64,000 nt of DNA from the human T2T-CHM13v2.0 reference genome, Homo sapiens: assembly GCF_009914755.1 (NCBI RefSeq), contig NC_060926.1. One strand, written 5' to 3'. Under the pieces are notes generated by a model, which saw only the letters and a program-made list of their open reading frames with translations, was not told the DNA's origin and made no database searches. Shown piece after piece: positions 1-17,170 of the stretch. Position numbers and translations under genes: made by a program. Every line of letters starts with the position of its first letter. The stretch's first letter is position 1.

Positions 1-246
<246 letters not shown>

Positions 247-325
247 TTAAATAAATAAAATGGAATATATTTGCATAATTTCCAAATTTTTCGGATATTC
301 AAATTGCCTATTTTCTTTTAAAATT

Positions 326-618
<293 letters not shown>

Positions 619-715
619 TTAAAATTGCTTTTTAGTTTATCTCCACTGTGGTCAAAAAACATACTCTGCATGGCCATTCTTTGAAATTTGCATGTGCACT
701 TAAAAAGCATATAGA

Positions 716-1117
<402 letters not shown>

Positions 1118-1366
1118 TCAGTTACAGAAAGAGTTATATTAAAATTGCCAGCTATGATTGTAGTTTTGTCTACTTCTCCTTTTCGTTCTGTTTTTACGCA
1201 TATTTTTGAAACTATGTTATTAGGTAAATGAAAATTTTGAGTTATTTTTATCTTCCCCTTTTATCATGATGAAATGTCCCACTTATTTCTACTAATATTT
1301 TTGTTTTAAAGCCTACTTCATCTAACATTAGTATAGATAAATCAGCTTTCTTCCCCCACGCTATCC

Positions 1367-1954
<588 letters not shown>

Positions 1955-2243
1955 TAATCAGCTTTCTTTAGGTTAGCATTTTTTATGTTTATCCTTCTCC
2001 CTCTTTTTACTTTCAACCTGATTTGTCATCACCTCAAGGGTGTAGCTTTTGTAAGCAGCAGATAGCTGCTTTTTAAAAATATACTCTAAAAATCTTGTCT
2101 TTAAATTTGGAGTGTTTAGATCATATACATTTAAAATAATTACTGAAATTCTGACTGTATCATTTTAATATATTTTTATTTGTCTCATTTGTTCTTTAAT
2201 TTTTGTCTCCTTTCTTCTTTCTTGCTCATTAGTTTGTTAGTAA

Positions 2244-2921
<678 letters not shown>

Positions 2922-2939
2922 TACTAGAGTGTACTTTAA

Positions 2940-3327
<388 letters not shown>

Positions 3328-3550
3328 ATCCCCATTGACTATTGATGTTATTTTCAATGTCCTAAACTCTTTTAGCAATGGTGAAAGGCAAGTTTATTTT
3401 CTCTGGACATATTTCTGTGGCTACTGCTCTTGAGTACAATTTAATTAAGTCACCATCAGTTAATAGCTCTCCTTGCTTTACTAACAAATGAGCCTCTAGG
3501 ACACTTACTTTGTGAAGAAATTTTGCTGTGATTAGATATTCTGATTTCAA

Positions 3551-3856
<306 letters not shown>

Positions 3857-4049
3857 TAAATTTTTCTGGTCATTCCTTTCCTCTCAGTTGGGAAAATTGT
3901 TGATGAGTGCTTACTCTCGTGATGTTGACATATGTTCTCTTAGCATAACTGCTGTTGTTGCATACTAAACACAACGCTTTGTCACCTAATTTGCTAATAA
4001 AATAATCCATACTTCACTGTGCCTTCAAAGCACAAAATTCATAGTCTAC

Positions 4050-4427
4050 TGATATGGTTTGGCTCTGTGTCTCCATCCAAATCTCATGTTGCATTGTAAT
4101 CCCCATGAGTTGAAGGAGGGGCCTCGTGGAGGTGACTGAATCACGGGGCAGGGGGACCTTCTTTCTTGCTGTTCTCATGGTAGAGTTCTTACGAGATCTG
4201 GTTGTTTGAAAATGTGTAGCGCTTCCTCTCTGTCTCTCTCTCCTGCCACCATGTGAAGAAGTCGCTTGCTTCCCCTTCACCTTCTGCCATGACTGTAAGT
4301 TTCCTGAGGCTTTCCAGTCATGCTTCCTGTTAAGCCTGTGGAACTGTGAGTCAATTAAACCTCTTTTCTTCATAAATTACCCAGTCTCAGGTACTTCTTT
4401 ATAGTAGTGTGGCAACGGATGAATACA
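4050..4427 (+). mobile_element. MaLR solo LTR (MSTA-like)
   Basis: tgatatggtttggctctgtgtc...gaataca; perfect 5-bp TSD tctac at 4045-4049 and 4428-4432. Confidence 0.9.
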
Positions 4428-4602
4428 TCTACTTTTCTTTTCTTGTTTTGACATAATGGATATGCCCTGGTAATAAAAATTTAAAATAAATGTCGCAGTA
4501 CAGAGATATGCATGGCACTGAAAACACTGTATCACCGTGATTTGTGGTGTACTGAGCAGCAGTATGAAGTGATAAGAGCATATACTGTCCCTGTTGCAAC
4601 TA

Positions 4603-4931
4603 CAGTCAGGCACCATATAACAAAGTTTTGGTCAATGAGGGATCACATACATGATAGGGTCCCATAAAATTGTAATACTATATTTTTACTGTGCCTTTTC
4701 TATCTTTACATATGTTTGGATACACACGTACCAATGTATTGCAGTTACCTGCAGTATTCAGTACAGTAACATGGTGAACAGGTTTGTAACCTAGGAGAAA
4801 CAGGCTATACCATATACTCTAGGTGTGTAGTAGGCTATACCACCTAGGTTTGTGTATACTCCATATGTTCACAGAGCAATGAAATTGCCTATTTCTCAGA
4901 ATGTATCCCTATCATTAAGCAATACATGTCC
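4603..4931 (+). mobile_element. Tigger3a (TcMar-Tigger MITE)
   Basis: cagtca..cccataa..cagtattcagtacagtaacatg..taggctatacca..ttctcagaatgtatcc; TA on both sides. Confidence 0.85.
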
Positions 4932-5056
4932 TAAACTCCATCATTGTTTTGTGAAAGCAGCCATTGGCAATGTATAGGCTAAGGAGTATGGCTATGTTCC
5001 AATAAAACTTTATCAACACTGATATTTGAATTTCATATAATTTTCATGTGTCATAA

Positions 5057-5500
<444 letters not shown>

Positions 5501-5541
5501 CCTTATGATCTTTTTCAACCACTTAAAAATGTAAAAAAAGC

Positions 5542-5840
<299 letters not shown>

Positions 5841-6614
5841 GTCTTAGCTGAGACCATTCAAAAACAGGCAGCAAGCTGTAGTATGCTGCTCTAGATGGTT
5901 GTTTTTGGTTTGGCCTCTATGCCTGGTGCTACAAATCACCAAATTCTCTGAGGGGATGAAACAGCAGTGAATACAAACTCGCTTGAATGAATTTCCCTTC
6001 TGGTATTTTGACTCCTCACGTCCTGGCTGACTTGGTTGACAGTGATGCCTTCAACTCAGCTGGGTTTTGTTGTTTTATTTTGGTATTTTATCCAGTTTAT
6101 AGTTAGTTGTTCTTGATGAAGGAGTCAATCTGACATCAATACCCCATTAGAATGGGAAGTGGAAGTCTACATGTTAATTTTAATTTGCTACTTTTGCTTA
6201 CCATTATGAGCCTCCTTCTATATTGACAAATATATCTCCACAATGTCATAACATTCCATTAGATGAATGCACCATGATTTAACTTAATAATTCCCTATAG
6301 GGGACATTGAAATTGTTTCTAGATTTTTTCACTGTGATGAACACACTTCTACAGGTTTATTTTTGTACCTAGTTGTTTCCTTCAGATAAAATCCTAGAAG
6401 TACGTGGATAAGTCAAAGGGTTCACACTTTTAAAGGTATTTCACAGGTATTGCCAAACTTCTCTTTAGAACTGTTACACAATGGCCCAGCATCTATGTGC
6501 TTCTTAGTATAGGGGCCAATGCTGGGTGTTACCATTCTTTTCTTCCTTTGCCAATCTGACAGATGAAAACTGGTTATCTCAATGCTGTTTCCGTTTGCAT
6601 TTCTGGTTTATAGG

Positions 6615-7384
<770 letters not shown>

Positions 7385-7968
7385 ATAGGTTTTTCATATA
7401 TTTATGGACCATAAACATGAAAAATCGTCTGACTTTTAAATCTTATAAAAATAAAATAACACACAATAATACAAAGAGTATGATTCTATGTATGTACATC
7501 AGAATATCTGTAAATACGTTTACATATGTTCATAACTGCCTAGGAAAGTGTCTGGAAGGATATATACCAAACTAGTGACAGTGGTTAACCAGAGGCAGTT
7601 AACTGAAAGTGGTTAATTAGAAGGGTCCTGTGTCCTGAGGGGGAAAGAGGAACTTTTACTTGTTACTCGATACTGCTCAAGATACATCTGTTATTTGAAA
7701 ACGCTTTATGAGACTGTACTCATGTATTGTGTAAAAAATTAGAAAAGGCATATCTGCTTGTTATAAAGTTCATAGAAAGCAGAAAACTATCTCCTTTCAC
7801 TTATCCTTTCCCAGAAATAGTCATTGATAATAATTTGCATCTTCTCAGATTTTTTTCTACGCAGAAATAAATGTGTATAATTTTTTTAAAAACAAAAATA
7901 AAATAGTGAGTGTCATATATAGTGTTTCATTTAAAGATGTTCCTCCAAAATCAATCTTGGTCCATGTG

Positions 7969-7970
<2 letters not shown>

Positions 7971-8013
<43 letters not shown>
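7971..8013. repeat. (TG)~21 microsatellite
   Basis: Perfect TG run. Confidence 0.97.
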
Positions 8014-8016
<3 letters not shown>

Positions 8017-8363
8017 GGTGGGGGGAGGGGCGGGGACACTGCATAGAACTGGCCAGCTGCATGGACTGTCACTGTAAAGAAAGATGAAGAATGCATGTCA
8101 CCAAGCTCTCTGATGCTTTGAACCTAGCATATGTGGCTTTGCCCATATGTGCGGGCACCTCTGTAGAAACTCTTCTGCCAGTTGGGCTGAAAATAGTTTT
8201 ACATAGTTCCATACTGCCTTCCAAGCTGTTTTCAAAGTTTATGCTCTAATAGTTCCCCACGGAGGATAACACAAGATATTCATTTTCCTCAAACTTTCCC
8301 GCACAGGTTGGAGAGAAACGACATCTTAATGTCATTGTAACAGGCATTTCTTTATTAAAAAAA

Positions 8364-8495
8364 ATTTTTTTTTGGAGACAAGGTCTTGCTATGTTGCCCA
8401 GGCTGGTCTCAAACTCCTGGGCTCCAGCGATCCTCCTGCCTAGGCCTCGGGAGTAGATGGAACTCCAGGCGCGGGCCGTGGCGCTCGCACCACAG
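8364..8495 (-). mobile_element. FLAM/Alu monomer
   Basis: Poly-T plus single left-type arm. Confidence 0.75.
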
Positions 8496-9593
8496 GCATT
8501 ACTTAGGTATGAGGCTGGTTGAGCATTTTTCTCGTGTTCACTGGCTACTCACGCAGCTTTGTGAATGGCTTCGGAGATCACTGGACAGGCAATTTTCCCT
8601 CTCAATGAACCAAATCCAAATTCTTTTGGAACCCAAGACCGCGATTTTTCGATTTAGGACCTAGTCCCAAACAATGAAGAAAAGGTGATCTTCAAGATTT
8701 CAGCAGGGAAATCTGTATATCTGTACAAGGTTGAAAACCTGGGCCGGGGGTCGCGTTGGAACCCCACAGGAAAAAGGCGCGGAAAGCCGCCGGGCATTTT
8801 CCGGGGTTCCATAGATGTCCCCAGTGTCCTAGTCCGTGCATCAGCTCGCGCACTCGGAGGGACTCTAGGCAGGGGGAGGGCCCCGCGGCCAGTATGTGCG
8901 TCCGAGGCTTTCCCGCAGGGGGCAGTGCCGCCCGCCCGCGCGCCGATACGGTGGGAGGGGGTGGGAACCTGCGCGGAGTTCTGGAGGTTCTTTGGGAGAA
9001 AGTTAGGGGATGCGGAGGGGTGGGCGCAAGACTTCCAGGACTCCAGGGAGGCCGTGGGGAGGGCCGCCGAGGGTGCAGTGTGAGGCGCAGGAGGGGGTTG
9101 GGGGCGGTGCACGTTGCAGGGAGACGCAGCCCCTGGAAGATGCGAGTGTGAACGTGTGAGTGTGAGTGCGTGTGTATGTGTGTGTGCGCGCGCACCGCAG
9201 CTCTCCGGGTTCCGCGAGGCGCGCGGGTGTCAGCTTGCAGCCGGGGCTCCTCCCTCCGGCCCCCCTGCCCAGCCCGGCGGTCCCTCCTCCCTCCCTCCCC
9301 GCTCGCCCCTCCCCGGCGGGCCAGGGGCTGGGACGCCCCGGCGGAGCAGGCGGCGGCGGTGGCGAGTTGGGGAGCCCTAGGCTCGGCGCTGCCGGAGGGG
9401 CCCGAGCCGAGCCGCCTGCGCCCCGGCCGGGCAGCGCCGGGCCCGCTTCCCGCGGGGCCACGCCCTGTCAAACTTTGTTGCGGCGGCTAGCGCAGCGGGC
9501 CCGCAAGCGGGCGGGAGGGGCGCCGGGCCGGGCCGGGCAGGGCGCGGGCGGCTAGGGGCTCCGAGAGCGGCGGCCCCGGCCCGCGGCCCCACC

Positions 9594-9839
9594 ATGCCCC
9601 AGCTCGGCGGCGGGGGCGGCGGCGGCGGCGGCAGCGGGGGAGGCGGCGGCTCCAGCGCCGGGGCGGCCGGCGGAGGGGACGACCTCGGGGCGAACGACGA
9701 GCTGATCCCCTTCCAGGACGAGGGGGGCGAGGAGCAGGAGCCGAGCAGCGATAGCGCCTCGGCGCAGCGGGACCTAGACGAGGTCAAGTCGTCCCTGGTC
9801 AACGAGTCGGAGAACCAGAGCAGCAGCTCGGACTCGGAG
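9594..9839 (+). CDS. TCF7L1: TCF7L1 coding exon 1 (poly-Gly N-terminus and beta-catenin-binding domain)
   Basis: cccaccATG at 9594; MPQLGGG...[22 protein letters not shown]...[23 protein letters not shown] is the TCF/LEF beta-catenin-binding domain with the TCF7L1 Gly-rich extension; donor GAG|gtaagg at 9840; 246 nt, phase 0. Confidence 0.98.
9606..9650 (+). repeat. Coding (GGC)n repeat encoding Gly9-Ser-Gly5
   Basis: ggcggcgggggcggcggcggcggcggc agc gggggaggcggcggc. Confidence 0.95.
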
Positions 9840-9921
9840 GTAAGGAAGCACCGCGGCCACCCCCGGGGGATCCCGGCCCTGCGTCCGCTCACCCGCTCTT
9901 GCCTTTGTGTCTCCTCCGCAG

Positions 9922-9985
9922 GCGGAGAGGCGCCCGCAGCCCGTCCGGGACACTTTCCAGAAGCCGCGGGACTATTTCGCCGAAG
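9922..9985 (+). CDS. TCF7L1: TCF7L1 coding exon 2
   Basis: Pyrimidine tract and ccgcag| acceptor; [21 protein letters not shown]; donor AAG|gtatgt at 9986; 64 nt. Confidence 0.97.
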
Positions 9986-10228
9986 GTATGTGCCCGCTGG
10001 GACAGCCCCCCACTCTCGATTCCCGCTGCGCTCCGCTGCTCAGCCCGGGCGGCCCACCGTCCCCCTTGCTTGGGTGGACGCACCCTTGCCCTCCGCCTTT
10101 ATTGGCGGCAGCCCCCGTGGGGCGCGCGTGGGGGGCGCTGGGGTCCCCAGCTCCCGCCTCGAGCCCCCTGCCGCGGCGCTGTCAGTCCCGGGGGCCTGGG
10201 CCTCACCTCGCCTTGGTCTTGTTCGCAG

Positions 10229-10356
10229 TGAGAAGGCCTCAGGACAGCGCGTTCTTTAAAGGACCCCCGTACCCTGGGTACCCCTTCCTGATGATCCCGG
10301 ACCTGAGCAGCCCGTACCTCTCCAACGGACCCCTGTCTCCCGGAGGAGCGCGCACC
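10229..10356 (+). CDS. TCF7L1: TCF7L1 coding exon 3
   Basis: ttgttcgcag| acceptor; (V)[42 protein letters not shown]; donor ACC|gtgagt at 10357; 128 nt; exons 1-3 total 438 nt = 146 codons in one frame. Confidence 0.97.
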
Positions 10357-13300
10357 GTGAGTGCCCGTCGGGCGCGCCGGGGAGGGTGGGAGGCCGCGGC
10401 CCGCAGGATGCGCCCCCGGGCTTGGCCATGGAGTGGGGGATGGGGCCTTCTGCGCCGATCCCAAGCAGAACTTGTTTGCGGAGTTGAACTACTCTCTGGC
10501 GGCCGAGCGCGAGGCTGCGCTGGCCAGTGCCTGGATGAAAGTAAAGTTACTTTAACTTTTCCCCTCTTGCGGGTTGAGGTTTTGGAGTCCACCTCTGGGA
10601 TCTTCCTTGGCCTCCAGAATTCTTCGCCTGCACCGAAGGAAACTTGGATTTGTGCCCGCTTTGGGGGGGTCTCGCTTTCCTTCTTGGAAATCGGTCAGCT
10701 TTCTCTGGCAGTGGGGCAAGGGGCCTAGGGAGCTGGGTTGGCGACGTTGTCCTCCGACTCCGGGTTCACTGGGCGGCTGCAGGCTGGTTCCTAAGAAACC
10801 CAGTTTTCGTGGCGGGTTATTCACAGCCCCCGTTCCCACCCCCAGCCCTCGCACCGGGGCCTCAGCTTTTCTGCGGAGCTAGCTCCGAATTTTAAACTCG
10901 CGTAGATGATTTCGAGGCGACCCAAGGCATTCTTCAAGTTGAGGAACTTGGCTTTTTCCCCCTTTTGTCGCCTGCTTTTCTCATTTAAAGCGAGCGCTGC
11001 GACACTTTAAACCTGTTAATGGGCGCGTATTGTGTGCTGCCCGCTGGCATTTAGAGCGGTGATTAAGCAAATTGACCGGGCCCCAGACGACGTGCAAATG
11101 AGGGCGGATTCCTTCGCCCCCTCTCTCTGGCTCTAAACTCCCGCCCCCCGCGTTGCGAGGGGCGCAGCTGGGGGCTGGCGAGGCCTTTGTGTCCCCCAAG
11201 CCGCCACTCCACCCCTAGGCTCCCTGCCCAGGTGCTGGGTCCGATGACAGATGTTGGGTGAACGCCTACCTACTGTGTGCCAGGTTCCCGCGTGCTGCTG
11301 CTTGGGCGCGATGTGAATCGTAGTAGTTCTTTGCTTCCCGCCCAGATTCCCATTGCCTGCCACTTCGCTGTCGACGGTGGGTAAGGGGGCAGGGAGTGTT
11401 AGCCTCTTAGGAGCAGGGTCCCAGCAACACACTTTATGCTAAGACTGCCCTAAAATAACGACGATAATTAAAGGGTGCTAGAGAAAGGCTAGGTGCTGAA
11501 TGGCCATTCCTGCTGTCATTGTACAGCGGTCGGTGGAGAGCCAAGTCCTCCACATTTGGTTCAGCGGGGGCGCTACCATCACCAGATGGGTTGGAGGGGG
11601 ATTGACGGGGGGCGGTGGAAGAGACTCTGACTGAGAGAGAGGGGAATGGGGAGTGGGACTACACAGACCTCACAGTTTTGCCCCGAGAGGGAGGGAGGTC
11701 GGTCTTGCAGCTTTGGCCCGGCTGGCCTGGAGCACCCCAGGAAGTCCTGAATGTAAGTGTCAGTTTTGCAGTGAAAACTGGATGTGGGTCTATGGCTGTT
11801 GCTTTTTCTCATTAAAAGAAAAGAGGTGCGTGCCAATCAAAGGGGGGGGGATCAACGAGCTGCTGCGGTCTTATTTAGGTTTTCAGTGATTCCCACCAGT
11901 GCCCACACATGTAGCTTAGTTCTGCAAGTTTTGTTGGGATTCGTGTAACTTTGCGTATGGGGGAGAGTTAATGCCGCTAAAGTCTCAGGTTTCCATTTAC
12001 TATTAGGATATCTAGAGAGAGGGGTCTGGGAGGCACTAGCATCTGTGCATCAGCCCTCAGCCAAGTCCTGATGCAGTTAAAGTCACCAGAAATGACTATT
12101 TCACCATCAAATATGACTATGGCTCCCTCAAGGCTATTTCTCCATGCACCCATTTCTCTTTAGGGCATTTTGATTCATCCAGGCTCTGCTGTCTGCTCTC
12201 TCTGACAGTCCAAGTGAGACAGATTTTTGTTAGTGTCCCCTCCTTCCTTCCTTCTATCACATTATGTGTTCTTTCGCCTAAGAACTTCCAAAGGCTGATT
12301 CTTGCTGATCCTGGAGATTCCTGATTACTAAATCCAGGCCCGTGTGGGATTTTGGAGCCCCTCCTTGAGGCAGCCAACCTTTCGTCTCTGCATGCCTCTC
12401 TGACTGTCCTTGTTCATCTCTGCAGTTGTTCCCTGCCCTGGCCCAGGCACCAGCCTCCTTTCAAGCCTCCTAGGACATGTACTTTCTTGGGGACTTAGTA
12501 TGTCCCATCCCACCCCCATACCTACATCTTGTCTCCCTGGTGACTTGCCCTTACAGAAGTTAGTTCAGTTCCCAGTGTTTCTGTGTCTCTGTGTGCCTTT
12601 CGCTGTGTTAGTTCACGGATATACTGGGGAAGTGTCCTGCCCTTAGGTCAGCACAGTTAAACCTAATTTGACCCTGTTCGTTTGCTGCCAGTAAGTAAAG
12701 CAAGTGAGGAAACACTTAAGCACTTGGTTGTCTGGACTATAGGGTGGAGATGATGGTTTTCTGCTGAACGATTCTATTAATATAATTAAGATAATTGTCA
12801 CTGTAGGCAAATGGTAGGTACAGACAAAGTGGCCCTCTGTTGGTTTCCCAGCCTGGTAAAATGAATGTGGATAGATACGAGTGGGGAGGGAGGAGGGAGG
12901 AAAGTGCCTGGGATATATGATCCGATCTCTCTGACATCTTAGGTCTTTTTTATTGTTTGGCCTCTAAACTGCACCACTTTAGGCTTTGCTGCTCTAAGGC
13001 CTAGAGGTAGTATAAAATTAGGTGACCCCAGTTATCTGCTGCTCTAACACTTCCTCTGGAAATACCAAGCCAGATGCAGAAGTGGGAATTGTCTGGATTG
13101 TTTTCAGGGTGTTAATGAACCCTAGGAATAGCAGGCAGGAGGCTTCAGCAGCCTCACCCACTGGCATAATTCCTGCTGAGACCACTGGGGGCTGGCCCAT
13201 CCTACAGTCTGGCCATCTCTCCCCATGAGCCATCACCCTTGCCCTCCACTCTGGTTTGGCTGGGATGCTGGGAAGTGGCTTTTTCCTGAGGCTCTTTAGA

Positions 13301-13493
13301 GAAGAGGTCCCCTCAGCATGGGATGTGGGCCAAGTCTCTGTGAGCTGCAATTGCTTCTTGTCTGGAGGCCCTGGGACCCTGTGAAGAGAGGAATAACTGC
13401 CACAAACCATTTTTCAAATAATCACCTCAAAATTATACATTCATTTCTGAAAAGGCTTCACGGTTTACTAAACTACTTTGGGGCTGTTGCCTA

Positions 13494-13830
<337 letters not shown>

Positions 13831-14884
13831 TGTAAGTCAACACATTAGAAAGTGAATGCCAAAAATGGTTTAAGACAAAGAAGAGCCAAAAAGAAAATGT
13901 TGAATGTGGTTCAGCAAGCCAGCTACAATGTGATAGAAAGTAATTTGACTGTGACCATGAAGTGAGGGCTGATGACATTTTGGAAAGAAACACTTCTAGG
14001 TAGTATTGCTGAGGGAGTCTGTGGTTTTTGTGTCCATCTTATAAATTACAGAACCTCTTTCGTTCAGCACAAGCACACGAAAGGCTTTGCTTTATTATTT
14101 CTCAGACCATCTCATCTCAGGCTTGTGTATGAAATTGTCCTGGTCCTCAAACGCGTGCTCATTTTTAAGTCCTTTATATCCCACTGCTTCCCATGGGCAG
14201 TCTTGCTCATATCCTGGGAGCTCCTGTTCTTTCAGACCCAAAGGAACCCAAGCAGAAATCTTTGTATGTATATGTATGAAGAGGTTGTCTGTTTTTAGGA
14301 GTTGTATGTAAAAGCTAAGGAAACCTTTTCTTTTGGAAGATCAGTATAAACATGCTGCTTTTGGTAAAATTCTTTTGAGCCATTTCATCTAAATATAACT
14401 TCTGTTTCATTTTTTTTTCTAAATATAACTCAGAGTTTAATGAGGGCTTTTCACATGGAACAAGCTTTTGAGAGGGCCTGTGTTGCTGAAGTTTTCGCCC
14501 TTGGATTGCTGGGGTGATATTGGTGACAAACTCTGTAGGGAAGGACTGGGAACCTGTCAATCTTTTTTCTTTGGTTGGGTGGATTGGGCAGGGAATAGCT
14601 GACTTGATTTGTTATAAGTTTGGAAGGTTATAGTTTGGTCACATTCTTCATTGATCACACTTTTAGGGATTCTTGAAGAAAAGGGAAGCAAAACATACAC
14701 ACACACCCCCACCCAATCTAACAGCGTATTCCAGCCTTTACAGTGATGTGCAGTGTTACTAAAATAATTGGGAAATAAAAAAGAGTATAAATGATTAACT
14801 CGCTGGAAAATCTTTTAAATCTTCTATAATAGGAAGGCCCTACTTACATTCTAATTTAGAGACACCTTTTACATGCCAACCTAG

Positions 14885-15214
<330 letters not shown>

Positions 15215-16424
15215 TAGATTTGCACTCTTAAAACTAATTCCTAACTCTTAAACTTCTTCAACTGAAGTCTATTGGATACCTATCATGGGCAATGGCTAAG
15301 GGACCATGGGAAACAAGATAAGACCCAGGCTTTGCCCTAAAGGATTTAAAAATTAAGTAGGAAAGAAGTCATGGTAGCACTGTAATAAGAAGTTAAGAGG
15401 TAGTAAAGTCTGGAGAAGCATTTTCATAATAGAAATTGAGAAAAATTACTTCCTGGGTGATCCAAGAAGGCAGGTCGAAGAAGTAGGTTTAAACTGGTCC
15501 TTAAAACTCAGTCATTCTTTAATCCAGGTAATTCTTGTTAATTTAGAAGAATGTAAATAGTAAGAGGAGGCATTTAGAGTGAAAAAGTGGAAGTCTTCCT
15601 TCACTCTCATCTTGAGGTGGGAGCCAGGACCAGGAGAGTGAAGACATGGAGGAAGGAAAAGTTCAGGGCGATTTGGGGGTAATGCAGCTTATTTCAGTTC
15701 CATTTGCCTGGAAGGAGAAGGGGCCAGGACATGGGCTAGGGGACCTAGAATGCCATGGAAGGAATCTGATCTTATTTAAGAGGCAGCAGAGAACCATCAG
15801 AAGTTAGGCTGGGAAGTGATGTGACTTGTACACATGGCTAGAAAGATAATGGTGGATTGGAGGACGAGGACCTGGAAGGGGATAGAGCAATTAGACTCAC
15901 AGGAGTCAGGGGTGAGGTGAAAAGGGCTTCAGAGTAGCAGAGTGGAAAGGAAAGGTGGGATGGGAGGAAATAGGATTCTTGTCTGTACCTCTTTGGGGAG
16001 GGGAGGTACCAGATCCAGAAAGTGGCTGATGTCACAGTTAATTCCTGGTGTCCAAGCTCAGGCACCTGGAGACTGACTTCTGTGGGTGGGGAGGCCTCCC
16101 CAGTCTCTACCTCCCCAGTGGTGGACAGATGCTTACTGAATATTTTGGCGATGACAGAGCCCACACAGTCTATGAGAGGCTCTCATTGGGAGGAACCCTC
16201 GGTTTCATTGGAGACACGTTAGGTGTGAGGGGATGTTGAGGGGATGATTGAAACTGGCTGATGTAAGAGAGGTATAGAAGTAGGAGAAGGGATGCTTAGA
16301 GCAGGGACAGAAGTCGTTGGAGGAGGATGGAAGGGAGCATTGGGTAAGGTAGGAGAAGCACTTAGGGACTCCCCTCCCCCTTTCTTTTCCTCCATGGTGG
16401 AAGCTGGAGGGAAAGAAAGTGGGA

Positions 16425-17170
<746 letters not shown>

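Larger units (their letters stand above)
8740..11380. promoter_or_regulatory. TCF7L1: CpG island covering the TCF7L1 promoter, 5'UTR and exons 1-3
   Basis: Abrupt switch to very GC-rich, CpG-dense sequence with GC boxes, no clear TATA box and no Alu inside; edges approximate. Confidence 0.92.

Noticed and set aside
8654-9892. Many long overlapping ORFs on both strands (e.g. 8692-9471, 259 aa)
   Set aside because: Stop-codon scarcity in a CpG island; low-complexity Arg/Pro/Gly/Ala peptides with no recognisable domain
11557-11575. CTCF-like TGGTTCAGCGGGGGCGCTA
   Set aside because: The 3' half matches but the invariant core A is missing; too weak to call
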